This document shows positions 48,702-59,479 of a stretch of 64,000 nt of DNA, one piece after another. The DNA is from an uncultured Phascolarctobacterium sp. GTDB taxonomy: Bacteria > Bacillota > Negativicutes > Acidaminococcales > Acidaminococcaceae. Made by a program: the position numbers and the translations under genes. The first letter of the stretch is position 1; each line of letters begins with the position of its first letter. The DNA lies in assembly GCA_900541915.1 (NCBI GenBank), contig UQLS01000003.1:104196-168195 (forward strand), read 5' to 3'. The notes beneath the pieces were generated by a model. The model did no database searches and was not told where the DNA came from. It saw nothing but the letters and a program-made list of their open reading frames with translations.

Positions 48702-49553
48702 TCAGATATTGTCCGCCTGAGAAGCGTCTACGATTTCATCCCATTCTACCTGGATGATATTATCCGGAGCTAATTGTACGGAAGCAGTACGCTGTCCGCG
48801 GTTAATGCCGGTTACCTTACCTTCACCCAGCGGCGTTACTACCATAGCACCCATTTTAGGAATATCCGTCTTTTCACGACGGCCGCAGCCACCGCAGCTG
48901 TTTTTGCAGTACATGTGATTTTCATATTTCAGGCAGCACATCAGACGGCCGCAGATACCGGAAATCTTAGTCGGATTCAAAGACAGGTTCTGGTCCTTAG
49001 CCATTCTGATGGATACAGGCTCAAAGTCTCCCAAAAATGTAGCACAGCACAGCGGACGGCCGCAGCTGCCGATACCGCCTAGCAGCTTAGCCTCATCACG
49101 TACGCCTATCTGGCGCAGCTCAATACGGGTACGGAATACTGCTGCCAAATCCTTAACCAGTTCACGGAAATCAATACGTCCTTCGGCAGTAAAGTAGAAA
49201 ATAATCTTATTCACATCAAAGGTAAATTCTACATCAATTAAATTCATGGGCAGGCCGTGATTTTTAATTTTACGCAGGCAAATGTTAAAGGCCTCACGTT
49301 CACGCACTTTGTTTTCAGCAACTTTTGCTGCATCCTGCTCAGTAGCTTTACGCATAACAGGTTTCAGCGGCGCGATAATGTTTTCTTCAGGAACCTCGCG
49401 GCTGCCTATAACAACCTCACCGTATTCCACCCCGCGCGCTGTTTCTACAATGGCAAAATCTCCCTTGCAGACTCCGGTCTCTGCCGGATCAAAATAATAT
49501 ATCTTAGAAGCTTTTTTAAATCTGATACCTACAACTGTCGGCACTTGCTTCAC
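48702..49553 (-). CDS. ricT: PSP1-domain protein YaaT/RicT
   Basis: PSP1 C-terminal domain with a Cys cluster (CGRLMCCLKYE). Conserved position next to holB. Confidence 0.85.
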   Translation of the reverse strand: MKQVPTVVGIRFKKASKIYYFDPAETGVCKGDFAIVETARGVEYGEVVIGSREVPEENIIAPLKPVMRKATEQDAAKVAENKVREREAFNICLRKIKNHGLPMNLIDVEFTFDVNKIIFYFTAEGRIDFRELVKDLAAVFRTRIELRQIGVRDEAKLLGGIGSCGRPLCCATFLGDFEPVSIRMAKDQNLSLNPTKISGICGRLMCCLKYENHMYCKNSCGGCGRREKTDIPKMGAMVVTPLGEGKVTGINRGQRTASVQLAPDNIIQVEWDEIVDASQADNI

Positions 49554-50539
49554 TCCTTTCTCAGAATATCTATTTGTAAAGCCATGACTTCCAGCGTCAG
49601 TTTGATACCTGCGCTTTCCGTTAAGGCCTTATAAGCATCGTCAATTTTCCGCAGCGCTCCTCTCAGCTGCCGCGGCTGCCAGCCTGCAGCTAATTCCCGC
49701 AGTTCTTCTGACAGATCTGTATTATATAAATCAGCAGATGCAGCAATCTTCAGCAGCAGCATATCACGCATCAATACCTGCAAAGCTTTGATAAACAGCT
49801 GCGCCTGCGAATAATCTTTATCAGGCATATTAAAAGTACTCAGATAATTAAAAGCACTGGGCAGTGGAAAAGCCTCAATCAGCGCCAAAGCCTGCTTTCT
49901 GCAGTCAAAAAACTGCTGCTCAGAAAGCGCCAGTGCCGTACCAGCGGAGCCTTCGCTTACTCTGGCAAGGACTTCCGCCTCCTGCTCTGTAAGCTGCTGC
50001 TGTTGCAGCAGTTGCTTCACTAAGGTAACATCCACAGGATTAAAACGCAAACGTACTACTCGCGAAAGAATGGTAGGCAGCAGCGCATTTTCTGCTGTAG
50101 CAATCAGGATAATAACCCATCCCTGCGGCGGCTCTTCCAACAGCTTTAAGAAACTGTTAGCCGCATCTGCTGTCATCTTATCTGCCCCGTCTACAATACA
50201 AACCTTATACTTAGAAAGTACGGGTGCAAACGCAGATTGTCTGATAATTTCTTTAACCTGTTCTATTTTAATGTTTCTGCTATCTTCTTCCGGTGCCAGC
50301 AGCAAAAAATCCGGATGACTGATATTGCCGTCAGCAAAATTTAATAAACGGCAGGATTCACAGCTATCCATGCCATCTGCATGCAGGCATAATAAGGTTT
50401 TGGCAAACTGCTGCGCCAAAGCGCGTTTGCCAAGTCCTTCGGCACCGCAAAATAATAAAGCATGGGGTCTGCTTTCTGCCTGCAGATACCTTTTTAAAAA
50501 CTCTTTATTCTGCTCATGACCTAAAATACTGTCCCACAT
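49550..50539 (-). CDS. holB: DNA polymerase III subunit delta'
   Basis: AAA+ motif HALLFCGAEGLGK. Synteny with tmk. Confidence 0.9.
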   Translation of the reverse strand: MWDSILGHEQNKEFLKRYLQAESRPHALLFCGAEGLGKRALAQQFAKTLLCLHADGMDSCESCRLLNFADGNISHPDFLLLAPEEDSRNIKIEQVKEIIRQSAFAPVLSKYKVCIVDGADKMTADAANSFLKLLEEPPQGWVIILIATAENALLPTILSRVVRLRFNPVDVTLVKQLLQQQQLTEQEAEVLARVSEGSAGTALALSEQQFFDCRKQALALIEAFPLPSAFNYLSTFNMPDKDYSQAQLFIKALQVLMRDMLLLKIAASADLYNTDLSEELRELAAGWQPRQLRGALRKIDDAYKALTESAGIKLTLEVMALQIDILRKE

Positions 50540-50545
50540 ATCAGT

Positions 50546-51175
50546 TTACTCCGCTAAAACTTCTTTAATAGCTTGCAGCACATCTGTTTCTACATCTTCG
50601 GCATTTTGCTCAGCATCGATAATTTTAATACGCTGCGGTTCCAAAGCAGCCAAAGTCAGAAAACCTTCACGTACCTGGCGCTGAAAATCAAGCCCTTTCT
50701 CTTCATAACGGTCGCTTATACCGCGCAAACTGCGCCGCTCTGCCAGAGCTTCCGTTCTTCCGTCCAGCAGCAGTGTTAAGTCGGGAAACAGCTCACCACA
50801 GGCATAAGTATTAAGCCTGCGCAGCTGCGCCAGCTGCTCTTGGCTAAAGCCTTTGACCAGACCCTGATAAACGAGGGTAGAATCACAAAAACGGTCGCAT
50901 AAAACAATTTTTCCTGCTGCCAAAGCCGGACGCAGTACCTTATCAACATGCTCACTGCGTGCTGCCAAATACAGCAGTACTTCCGTCTGCTGCGCAAGCG
51001 GCAAAGAAGCATCTAATACAAGGGCACGTACTTTTTCGGCCAGCTCTGTGCCGCCCGGTTCACGGCTCTCCACAACTTCATAACCCAGTTTTCTCAGCGC
51101 ATCTGCTGCTTTATGCAGCTGTGTTGTTTTGCCGCTGCCGTCAGGCCCTTCAAAAGTTACAAACAGACCTTTCAT
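50546..51175 (-). CDS. tmk: Thymidylate kinase
   Basis: P-loop FVTFEGPDGSGKTTQ. Confidence 0.95.
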   Translation of the reverse strand: MKGLFVTFEGPDGSGKTTQLHKAADALRKLGYEVVESREPGGTELAEKVRALVLDASLPLAQQTEVLLYLAARSEHVDKVLRPALAAGKIVLCDRFCDSTLVYQGLVKGFSQEQLAQLRRLNTYACGELFPDLTLLLDGRTEALAERRSLRGISDRYEEKGLDFQRQVREGFLTLAALEPQRIKIIDAEQNAEDVETDVLQAIKEVLAE

Positions 51176-52632
51176 TTTTTCACCACCCGTATCCGCTGCA
51201 AGCTGCTGTCAGCCGGTCCGCTTACCGGCAGTCCTAAACTCTTCATGTGCTGACAGTAATCTATAATTTCCTGCGTGATTATTTCTCCCGGCAATAAAAC
51301 AGGTATTCCCGGCGGATAAAAGCTGACCTGCTCGCCGCAAATAAGTCCAGCTGCAGCTGCAAGCTGCACATCCATCTTTTCACAGTTAAATACCTGCCGT
51401 AATCCCATACCAGACTGCGCTGTCGGCGGCACCTGCACCGACGGCTGCTGGAGCACCGGACGCTGATTTTCCCGCATAGCATTAAATGCTGCTTCAATAC
51501 GTTCCAGCGCTGCAGCATAATCTTCTGTAGTATCTGCATAAGTAACTAAAAACAGTACATTATGTGTATCTACCAATTCCACAGCTATATCTGCCTGCCG
51601 CAGCAAATCTCCGGCTTCTACGCCTGTATAGCCCCAGCCGCTGACATTGACAGTTACCTTAGTTCTATCCAGAGTAAAATCGCCGCAGTCTTCCTGTTCC
51701 AGCACCTTTAATCCCGGCTGCTTTTGGCAAAGTGCCCGCAGTTTTTCTGCAGCCTGCAGCGCAGCTTCTGCCATGCTTTTGCCATACTGCTGCACCTGGC
51801 ATCTTGCCGCATCCAGAGATGCCATTAAAAGATAATTGGGACTGGTAGTGGTCAAAAGGCTCATCACATCTGCCGCTCTCTGCAAATCAAGCCGCTTTCC
51901 CTGTACATGCAGCATACTGCACTGAGTCATCGCTCCCAGCAGCTTATGAGTGCTCTGAGCACAGGCATCTGCTCCGCACTGCAGTGCCGACGGCGGCAGC
52001 TGCTGACTGAAGCCCAAATGCGGTCCGTGCGCTTCATCTACTAAAAGCAGTACACCTCGCTGATGACAGATATCAGCAATTTCTTTTAACGGCGCTGCTA
52101 TTCCGTAATAATTAGGGCTGGTAACCAATACCGCTTTGATATCATGATCCTTATCTAAAGCCTGCTCTATTGCTGCTGCAGTAACCTGCGTATGAATACC
52201 GAACTCACTGTTATATTCCGGCTGAATATAGACTGCATCAATATCACCTAAAATCAGTCCTCCTGCCACACTGCGATGCGCGTTGCGCGGCAGCAGTATC
52301 TTTTCTCCTGGGCGCAAAGCAGTCATCAGCATAGCATGAATTGCCTGTGTAGTACCGTTAACAGCCCAAAAGCAGGCATCACTTCCATAAGTATTAGCAG
52401 CCAGCTGCTGTGCTTCTTTAATATAGCTTACCGGCTCATGGATATCATCAAGCTCACTCATCAGCGATACATCCATCTGAACAGCTGCTCCCAGCTCCTG
52501 TCTGAGCAGACGCTGCATCCCGCGTCCGCCTTTATGTCCCGGTGTATGCAGAGGATAAACATCCTCATATTTATACTGCAGCATAGCCGCCAGCAACGGC
52601 ATTTTACTGCAGTCTTTCTTATCTATCTGCAC
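51172..52632 (-). CDS. Orn/Lys/Arg decarboxylase family protein (YaaO-like fold-I PLP decarboxylase)
   Basis: LHTPGHKGG motif. 486 aa. Conserved position upstream of tmk. Confidence 0.85.
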   Translation of the reverse strand: MQIDKKDCSKMPLLAAMLQYKYEDVYPLHTPGHKGGRGMQRLLRQELGAAVQMDVSLMSELDDIHEPVSYIKEAQQLAANTYGSDACFWAVNGTTQAIHAMLMTALRPGEKILLPRNAHRSVAGGLILGDIDAVYIQPEYNSEFGIHTQVTAAAIEQALDKDHDIKAVLVTSPNYYGIAAPLKEIADICHQRGVLLLVDEAHGPHLGFSQQLPPSALQCGADACAQSTHKLLGAMTQCSMLHVQGKRLDLQRAADVMSLLTTTSPNYLLMASLDAARCQVQQYGKSMAEAALQAAEKLRALCQKQPGLKVLEQEDCGDFTLDRTKVTVNVSGWGYTGVEAGDLLRQADIAVELVDTHNVLFLVTYADTTEDYAAALERIEAAFNAMRENQRPVLQQPSVQVPPTAQSGMGLRQVFNCEKMDVQLAAAAGLICGEQVSFYPPGIPVLLPGEIITQEIIDYCQHMKSLGLPVSGPADSSLQRIRVVKK

Positions 52633-52784
52633 TTACAACCTCCGTAAAAACACTTCTCCAGTATATCCTTTTATTTTATCATAAAGACATAATTTAAACC
52701 ACGAAAAAATACCAACTGACGTTCTTCTTATCGCAATAAAAAACTCCGCAATGCTTGGCATCACGGAGTCTGAATTGTATAAAA

Positions 52785-53948
52785 TTATTCTGCTGCAGTG
52801 AAAGAATCACAGATATCTTCCCAAACAACAAATTGCGCTTTACTGAAACCGTTAAACGTAGTTGCAGACGCAGAAGTATAGGCACCGCAGGAAGGTACCA
52901 GCAGCAAGTCGCCAACTTCCAGCGGCACAGTCATCTTGCCGCGGAACATAATGTCAAGGGAATCGCAGCTCGGACCGGCAAAGGTAGCAGCAACTCTTTC
53001 TTCACCCTCTTTAAAGCTGATCAGCTTAAAGTCCCACTGGTCAAAAATAACGCCGGAAAAAGTTCCGTACAGGCCTTCATCCAGGAAATACCAAGGCTGA
53101 CCGCCTCGTTCGTTAACACCGATAACACTGGTAATTAAGTTCACAGCAGTACCGCAGATATAACGGCCCGGTTCTGCCCAAACATCAATGCCGGGGAAAT
53201 CCTCATCAAGACGTGCGTTAATCTGCTTCAGCATTTCAGGAAGATTAAAACGTACTTTAGGTTCAGGAATCGGAAAACCGCCGCCAATATCGAGAATACG
53301 CAGTTTTAAACCTGCAGCAGCAGCTTCTTCAAACAGCTCTCTGGCAATATCCAAACCATGCAGATATGGGTCAGCACTTACGGTCTGACTGCCTACATGG
53401 AAAGCAATACCAGCCATATCCAAGCCTGCCTCTTTAGCTTTAAGCATCAAATCAAGCGCATGCTCTCTGGCAGCACCAAATTTTTTATTTAAATCAACAT
53501 GAGCGGAAGAATTATCAATTCTCAGACGCAGCAGCACTGTAGCATCAGGACAGATTGCGCGGATTTTTTCTATCTCGCTGGCACTGTCAAAGGTCATTTT
53601 GCTGACACCGCATTCACGGCATGCCTGCAGTCCTCCGGTAGTCTTAACCGGGTTAGCATAAATAAGGCGCTCTCCTTCAACTCCCATATCATGCAAGGTA
53701 CGAATTTCTCCGTCAGATGCCACGTCAAAGGAGGAACCAAGCTTAATCATAGTTTTTAAAATTTCAGGATGCGGATTGGCTTTAATCGCATAAAAGACCC
53801 TTGCTCTGGGCATATATGTTTTTAAGCACATGTAATTTGCTTCTATTTGTTTTAACGAAAGAACCAGCAGCGGAGATCCGTATTTTTCAGCCAGTTTTTC
53901 CACAGATTCACGTTCAAGTTTAAATACCTTATCTCTGTTCATATCCAC
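52785..53948 (-). CDS. Eukaryotic-ODC-like fold-III PLP decarboxylase (lysine/ornithine decarboxylase)
   Basis: FYAIKANPHPEILK lysine motif. 387 aa, ODC/LDC-like and similar in size to the Selenomonas-type LDC. Confidence 0.8.
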   Translation of the reverse strand: MDMNRDKVFKLERESVEKLAEKYGSPLLVLSLKQIEANYMCLKTYMPRARVFYAIKANPHPEILKTMIKLGSSFDVASDGEIRTLHDMGVEGERLIYANPVKTTGGLQACRECGVSKMTFDSASEIEKIRAICPDATVLLRLRIDNSSAHVDLNKKFGAAREHALDLMLKAKEAGLDMAGIAFHVGSQTVSADPYLHGLDIARELFEEAAAAGLKLRILDIGGGFPIPEPKVRFNLPEMLKQINARLDEDFPGIDVWAEPGRYICGTAVNLITSVIGVNERGGQPWYFLDEGLYGTFSGVIFDQWDFKLISFKEGEERVAATFAGPSCDSLDIMFRGKMTVPLEVGDLLLVPSCGAYTSASATTFNGFSKAQFVVWEDICDSFTAAE

Positions 53949-54177
53949 TCTCCCCTTGCTTTAGCAATATTTTTACTCATATGATTTTACCACAAAAGTC
54001 AGAAAGTACAATAGGAAAACCGCAGAAAAAGGATTTTTTTTGAGAAGAAAAGAAAATTTTAAAAAATATAAGCTAAAATCTCATATTTTTGCAAAAAACA
54101 GCTATTTTTTTAGATTTTTTGCGAAAATAAAAATACTGGTTAAAAACTTTTATTACAGCTTTTAACCAGTATTTTTT

Positions 54178-54789
54178 CTAATCTAATTTATTTTTTACAG
54201 CATCCTGTAAAGCATCTTTCAATAATCGGAACATCATCATATAAGCGCCAAACTCCGCTAATTCTTCTGCTACTGCGCCATGAAATCCTGTTACATTCCC
54301 TTTTTCACCAAGCCAGGAACAAAAGATGAAAAGCAGCAACAAAACAAAGTTTTGTGTCGGTATTTTAACCATCTGCAAAAATTTCCACACTTTAGCACGA
54401 TACAGGCAAACCAATAAAATAATAATTAATACACCCACCATAGGATGTACCATTTGTCCATATAATCCCATATCGCTATATTCATAGTAACTGCCATCAG
54501 GATGCGTTAATAATGTTCTGCCCCAGTTTATTTCCCGCATAATCAGCAGGAAAAAGTATACTACACCGCCATATAACAGGCTTTTAGAATCTCCGCCCCA
54601 GTTCTGAAACTGCTGCTGACGCATTTTCCAGCATACATAGAGCCCGCCAAAAAGCCACAGCATCTGCAAATTTTCTATTGGGCCATTTTCATCACCAGTC
54701 CAAGTCGGCAATATCATTTCCAAAATGAACATTACAGGCAGATACAGCCAGCCTATTTTAAACCATGTACCTTTTTTAAACATTTCCAC
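54178..54789 (-). CDS. Hypothetical membrane protein of 203 aa
   Basis: Four to five TM segments. I recognise no family. Confidence 0.45.
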   Translation of the reverse strand: MEMFKKGTWFKIGWLYLPVMFILEMILPTWTGDENGPIENLQMLWLFGGLYVCWKMRQQQFQNWGGDSKSLLYGGVVYFFLLIMREINWGRTLLTHPDGSYYEYSDMGLYGQMVHPMVGVLIIILLVCLYRAKVWKFLQMVKIPTQNFVLLLLFIFCSWLGEKGNVTGFHGAVAEELAEFGAYMMMFRLLKDALQDAVKNKLD

Positions 54790-54873
54790 ACTCTTTTCTG
54801 ACTAACCAGTCATTTTTATTATGACTTTATTATTATAAACTAAACTTCTGCACATTTCAAATAATTTGTGACA

Positions 54874-54928
54874 AGACAAAATAAAAGACATCTGAAATCC
54901 AGCTAAAATACTAAATTCCAGATGTCTT
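54874..54928 (-). terminator. Rho-independent terminator for serS
   Basis: 10-bp stem AAGACATCTG / CAGATGTCTT with the T-run on the minus strand. Confidence 0.7.
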
Positions 54929-54949
54929 AATAATTAATATTAAACTATG

Positions 54950-56233
<1,284 letters not shown>

Positions 56234-56302
56234 CTATTCCTCCAAACAAATTCTCATAAGAGCTATTTTAACACAATTTATAAGGATAATCAAAGCTCCG
56301 CC

Positions 56303-57175
56303 TTAATATCCTATACGCTCATCACGCTTTGCCAGGTATCTGATAGCACTGAGCGCTGCTTTTTGTCCCTGTCCTGCAGCACGGTTGCACTGCCAAGGCT
56401 GACCAGTGCAGTCACCGCCGGCAAAAACACCTTCAATATTAGTTTCAGCCTGGTCGTCAACATATACGCTGCGGCCACGAATTTGCAGTCCCGGCAGGAA
56501 ACTATTCAAAGGATCACTGGCACGGAACATAAATACTGCCTGTACACTAAAGAAATCACTATCTGTATGCAATCCAGTTACTTTATCAGTACCAGTAATT
56601 TCCAGCGGAGTTTCCAGTACTACAGTAATATTTTTCTTTTTAAGAGGTACAAAACCGGTATAACGCGGGAAAAAGAAAACATGCTCGCAGATATCAGCAA
56701 GATATTCCACTTCTGCCAAAGCATCAGGAACAGTAGCAATAGCAACAACTTTTTTCCCTTTATAGTTCATGCCGTCAACTTTAGCACAATAGCTTACACC
56801 ACGGCCAAGAAATTCCTTCTCACCCGGAAGCAGTTCAGAACGGGAAATGCCCGTAGCCAGAACTACAGCATCGGCTTCATAAACACCGCTGGGAGTACCA
56901 AGTTCAAAACCTTCGCCAACTTCTTTCAGTGCAATGATTTTTTCTTCAACTACATCTGTATCAGTCATACGCAGATGCTCAACAAAAATATCCATAAGCT
57001 TATTGCCACTGACGTCAGGAATACCCATATAATCAGTTACTTTTTCTACACTGCGCAGACGGGGGCTGAATCCATGTGCTTCAAACAATACTACTTTTCT
57101 TCCTTTGCTGGCTGCAGTAACCGCTGCGGAAATACCTGCAGGGCCGCCGCCGATAACAGCGATATCGTATTTCAT
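56303..57175 (-). CDS. Thioredoxin-reductase-like FAD/NAD(P) oxidoreductase lacking the CxxC redox disulfide
   Basis: IAVIGGGPAG FAD motif. SYCAKVDG replaces the canonical CATCDG. RBS GGAGGAAAG before ATG at 57175. Confidence 0.75.
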   Translation of the reverse strand: MKYDIAVIGGGPAGISAAVTAASKGRKVVLFEAHGFSPRLRSVEKVTDYMGIPDVSGNKLMDIFVEHLRMTDTDVVEEKIIALKEVGEGFELGTPSGVYEADAVVLATGISRSELLPGEKEFLGRGVSYCAKVDGMNYKGKKVVAIATVPDALAEVEYLADICEHVFFFPRYTGFVPLKKKNITVVLETPLEITGTDKVTGLHTDSDFFSVQAVFMFRASDPLNSFLPGLQIRGRSVYVDDQAETNIEGVFAGGDCTGQPWQCNRAAGQGQKAALSAIRYLAKRDERIGY

Positions 57176-57273
57176 AATCTTTCCTCCGCAAAACAATTTA
57201 GAAGCTTTTTCTTAATATTTTATGCTTTTATAAAATAGTAGTCAAATTTTTTATAATTTTTTTGAAAAAAAGC

Positions 57274-57302
57274 TTGCCAAAAAAGAAAAAATCGTGTATT
57301 AT
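57274..57302 (+). promoter_or_regulatory. Sigma-70 promoter for the tRNA cluster
   Basis: -35 TTGCCA and -10 TATTAT separated by a 17-nt spacer. Confidence 0.55.
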
Positions 57303-57321
57303 ATGCAAGTAACATCACTAC

Positions 57322-57397
57322 GGCCCATTAGCTCAGTTGGTAGAGCACCTGACTCTTAATCAGGGTGTCGTAGGTTCGAGGCCTACATGGGTCACCA
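57322..57397 (+). tRNA. tRNA-Lys (anticodon CTT)
   Basis: Cloverleaf folded by hand. Anticodon loop cTCTTAAt. Encoded CCA. Confidence 0.85.
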
Positions 57398-57402
57398 ATC
57401 AT

Positions 57403-57477
57403 GGCCGGTTGGTCAAGCGGTTAAGACACCGCCCTTTCACGGCGGTATCGGGGGTTCGATTCCCCCACCGGTCACCA
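57403..57477 (+). tRNA. tRNA-Glu (anticodon TTC)
   Basis: Anticodon loop CTTTCAC. T-arm GGGGGTTCGATTCCCCC. Encoded CCA. Confidence 0.85.
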
Positions 57478-57483
57478 TAATAC

Positions 57484-57559
57484 GGGCGCTTAGCTCAGCT
57501 GGGAGAGCGTCTGCCTTACAAGCAGAATGTCAGCGGTTCGATCCCGTTAGCGCCCACCA
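57484..57559 (+). tRNA. tRNA-Val (anticodon TAC)
   Basis: Anticodon loop CTTACAA. Acceptor GGGCGCT/AGCGCCC. Encoded CCA. Confidence 0.85.
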
Positions 57560-57585
57560 CTTTTTCCATGTATCCTCTAAATAAT

Positions 57586-57662
57586 GGCCCGGTGGTTCAG
57601 TTGGTTAGAATGCCGCCCTGTCACGGCGGAGGTCGTGGGTTCGAGTCCCATCCGGGTCGCCA
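57586..57662 (+). tRNA. tRNA-Asp (anticodon GTC)
   Basis: Anticodon loop CTGTCAC. Encoded CCA. Confidence 0.85.
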
Positions 57663-57666
57663 TTAT

Positions 57667-57742
57667 GCCTCGGTAGCTCAGTTGGTAGAGCAAAGGACTG
57701 AAAATCCTTGTGTCCACAGTTCGATTCTGTGCTGAGGCACCA
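57667..57742 (+). tRNA. tRNA-Phe (anticodon GAA)
   Basis: Anticodon loop CTGAAAA. Encoded CCA. Confidence 0.85.
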
Positions 57743-57755
57743 TTGGAAAACATTG

Positions 57756-57784
57756 CACCTGCAGATTTGGCAGGTGTTTTTTTA
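57756..57784 (+). terminator. Terminator after the tRNA cluster
   Basis: CACCTGC-agatttg-GCAGGTG stem followed by TTTTTTT. Confidence 0.85.
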
Positions 57785-57816
57785 TATCTGCAGTAAATAC
57801 ATAAAGGAGTTTACTC

Positions 57817-58026
57817 ATGTTTGAAAAATTTTCTCACGAAGTAACAAGCCCCTATTTATGGTTTTTCATTTTACTTTTAGCTCTGCGTGCAGAATATGCC
57901 TGCCTGAAAAAAAAGGACTATGTTCACGCTGCTGCTTTCTTAGCTGTAATTGTCGTTGCCGCTTATTTTGCTGCTTCTAAATACGGACTTTTGCCTCACG
58001 GCTTTGAGGAAAGTCTTTTCTCCTAA
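57817..58026 (+). CDS. Small hypothetical membrane protein of 69 aa
   Basis: RBS AAAGGAG 7 nt before the ATG. Two TM helices. It is followed by a terminator. Confidence 0.45.
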   Translation: MFEKFSHEVTSPYLWFFILLLALRAEYACLKKKDYVHAAAFLAVIVVAAYFAASKYGLLPHGFEESLFS

Positions 58027-58045
58027 AAAATTAATAACGAATACT

Positions 58046-58084
58046 AAAAGACCTGATATAAAAATATATCAGGTCTTTTTTATT
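58046..58084. terminator. Bidirectional terminator
   Basis: 15-bp stem AAAAGACCTGATATA / TATATCAGGTCTTTT. Confidence 0.85.
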
Positions 58085-58090
58085 ATCCGT

Positions 58091-59394
58091 TTAAACATTA
58101 TTTGCAAAAGGCTTCCTTAGAAGTCTGCCGTAATACAGATACAGTAAAACTAAAAATTCCGCAAATACTATTCCCAGCCAAATACCGTTATTTTGAAAAA
58201 AGCCAGCTGCTGTAAAAATACATAAAGAATTAAGTATTACACTTCGCAAGATGGCAATTTTTACGGCAGTACCAGTTTCTTTAGTTGCCAGAAAAAGGTA
58301 GTATAAACTATATTGCAAGACGCAAATAGAAAACTGATACCATAAATACCGATACATGCATAGGCAATCTGTAAAATATCACTATCATTAGTAAAAATTT
58401 CTATGATTATATGACCAAATACTGCAAAAATTCCATAAATAAGACAAGCCAGACTTATATTAGTCTTGATGCCAACTTTAAAAAACTGTTTCAGTGCTTC
58501 ACTGTTCTTCTCACCAAAACTTCTGCTCAAAAGGGGCTGTAAACCTTCCGCTACACCGATAAATACCGCAAAAACAATAACCAGCAAATAAGAAACTATG
58601 GAATAAGCAGCAATGCCTTTTTCTCCCAGCAGCTTGATAATAATGATGTTATAACAAAATATAGTAATTGGTGAGCTCATCTGCGTTATGCATTCCGGAA
58701 AACCGGTTTTTATAATATTATAAATATTATTTTTCTTTAAAATCTGTCTGGAAAAATACAATTCTCCCTTACGCTTCATAAAGTGGCTCAGTAATAATAC
58801 AAAAGAAAAAATCTGCCCCAAGCCGGACGCAACAGCAGCTCCTTTAATACCCCAATGCAAAACAAAAATAAACAGCCAATCCAAAAAAATATTACTTATG
58901 GCGCCTATAATCATCCCCCAGAAAGCTAGCCTGGGATTACCGTCATTTCTCACAAAAGTTGCTAAAGCAAGTGTTCCAGAAAAAAATATATCAAATGCAA
59001 CATAATATTTGATATACTCCATAGTCGGCTGCAGCAAGATATTACTGCAGCCTAAAGACAAAGCTATTTCTTTTAAAAATAAAAACGTTAAAAGCAAAAA
59101 CACTACTGCTATTGATAAAATCAAGGTAATACTCGTATTAAAAAATACATTAGCCTGCTTTATATTTCTCTCTCCCAAAGAAATCGATGCCAGTGTTGCT
59201 CCGCCTATGGCCAGCATAGTAGTTATGGAAGAAAGGACAGAAATAAACGGTACTGCTAAATTGATTGCTGCCAAACCATTGCTGCCAACACCTTTAGCTA
59301 CAAAGATTCCATCAACTACAAAATATAAACCTACTACCAGCAATGCCCCAACTGACGGCAGCGCATAATGGAAAAATTTACTGCTGTAACTCAT
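58091..59394 (-). pseudogene. MATE-family multidrug efflux transporter interrupted by a frameshift. The 5' part 58261..59394 is in one frame; the last roughly 60 residues continue in another frame, 58091..58357
   Basis: The two overlapping ORFs together give about 450 aa, which is normal MATE length. RBS AAGGAG before ATG at 59394. Confidence 0.6.
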
Positions 59395-59479
59395 ACAAAA
59401 CTCCTTGTATTGTCTTTTCTTGCTAAACAATATAAACTATACCCTAAGGGTATAGTCAATAGATAGGAGTTATGTATAT

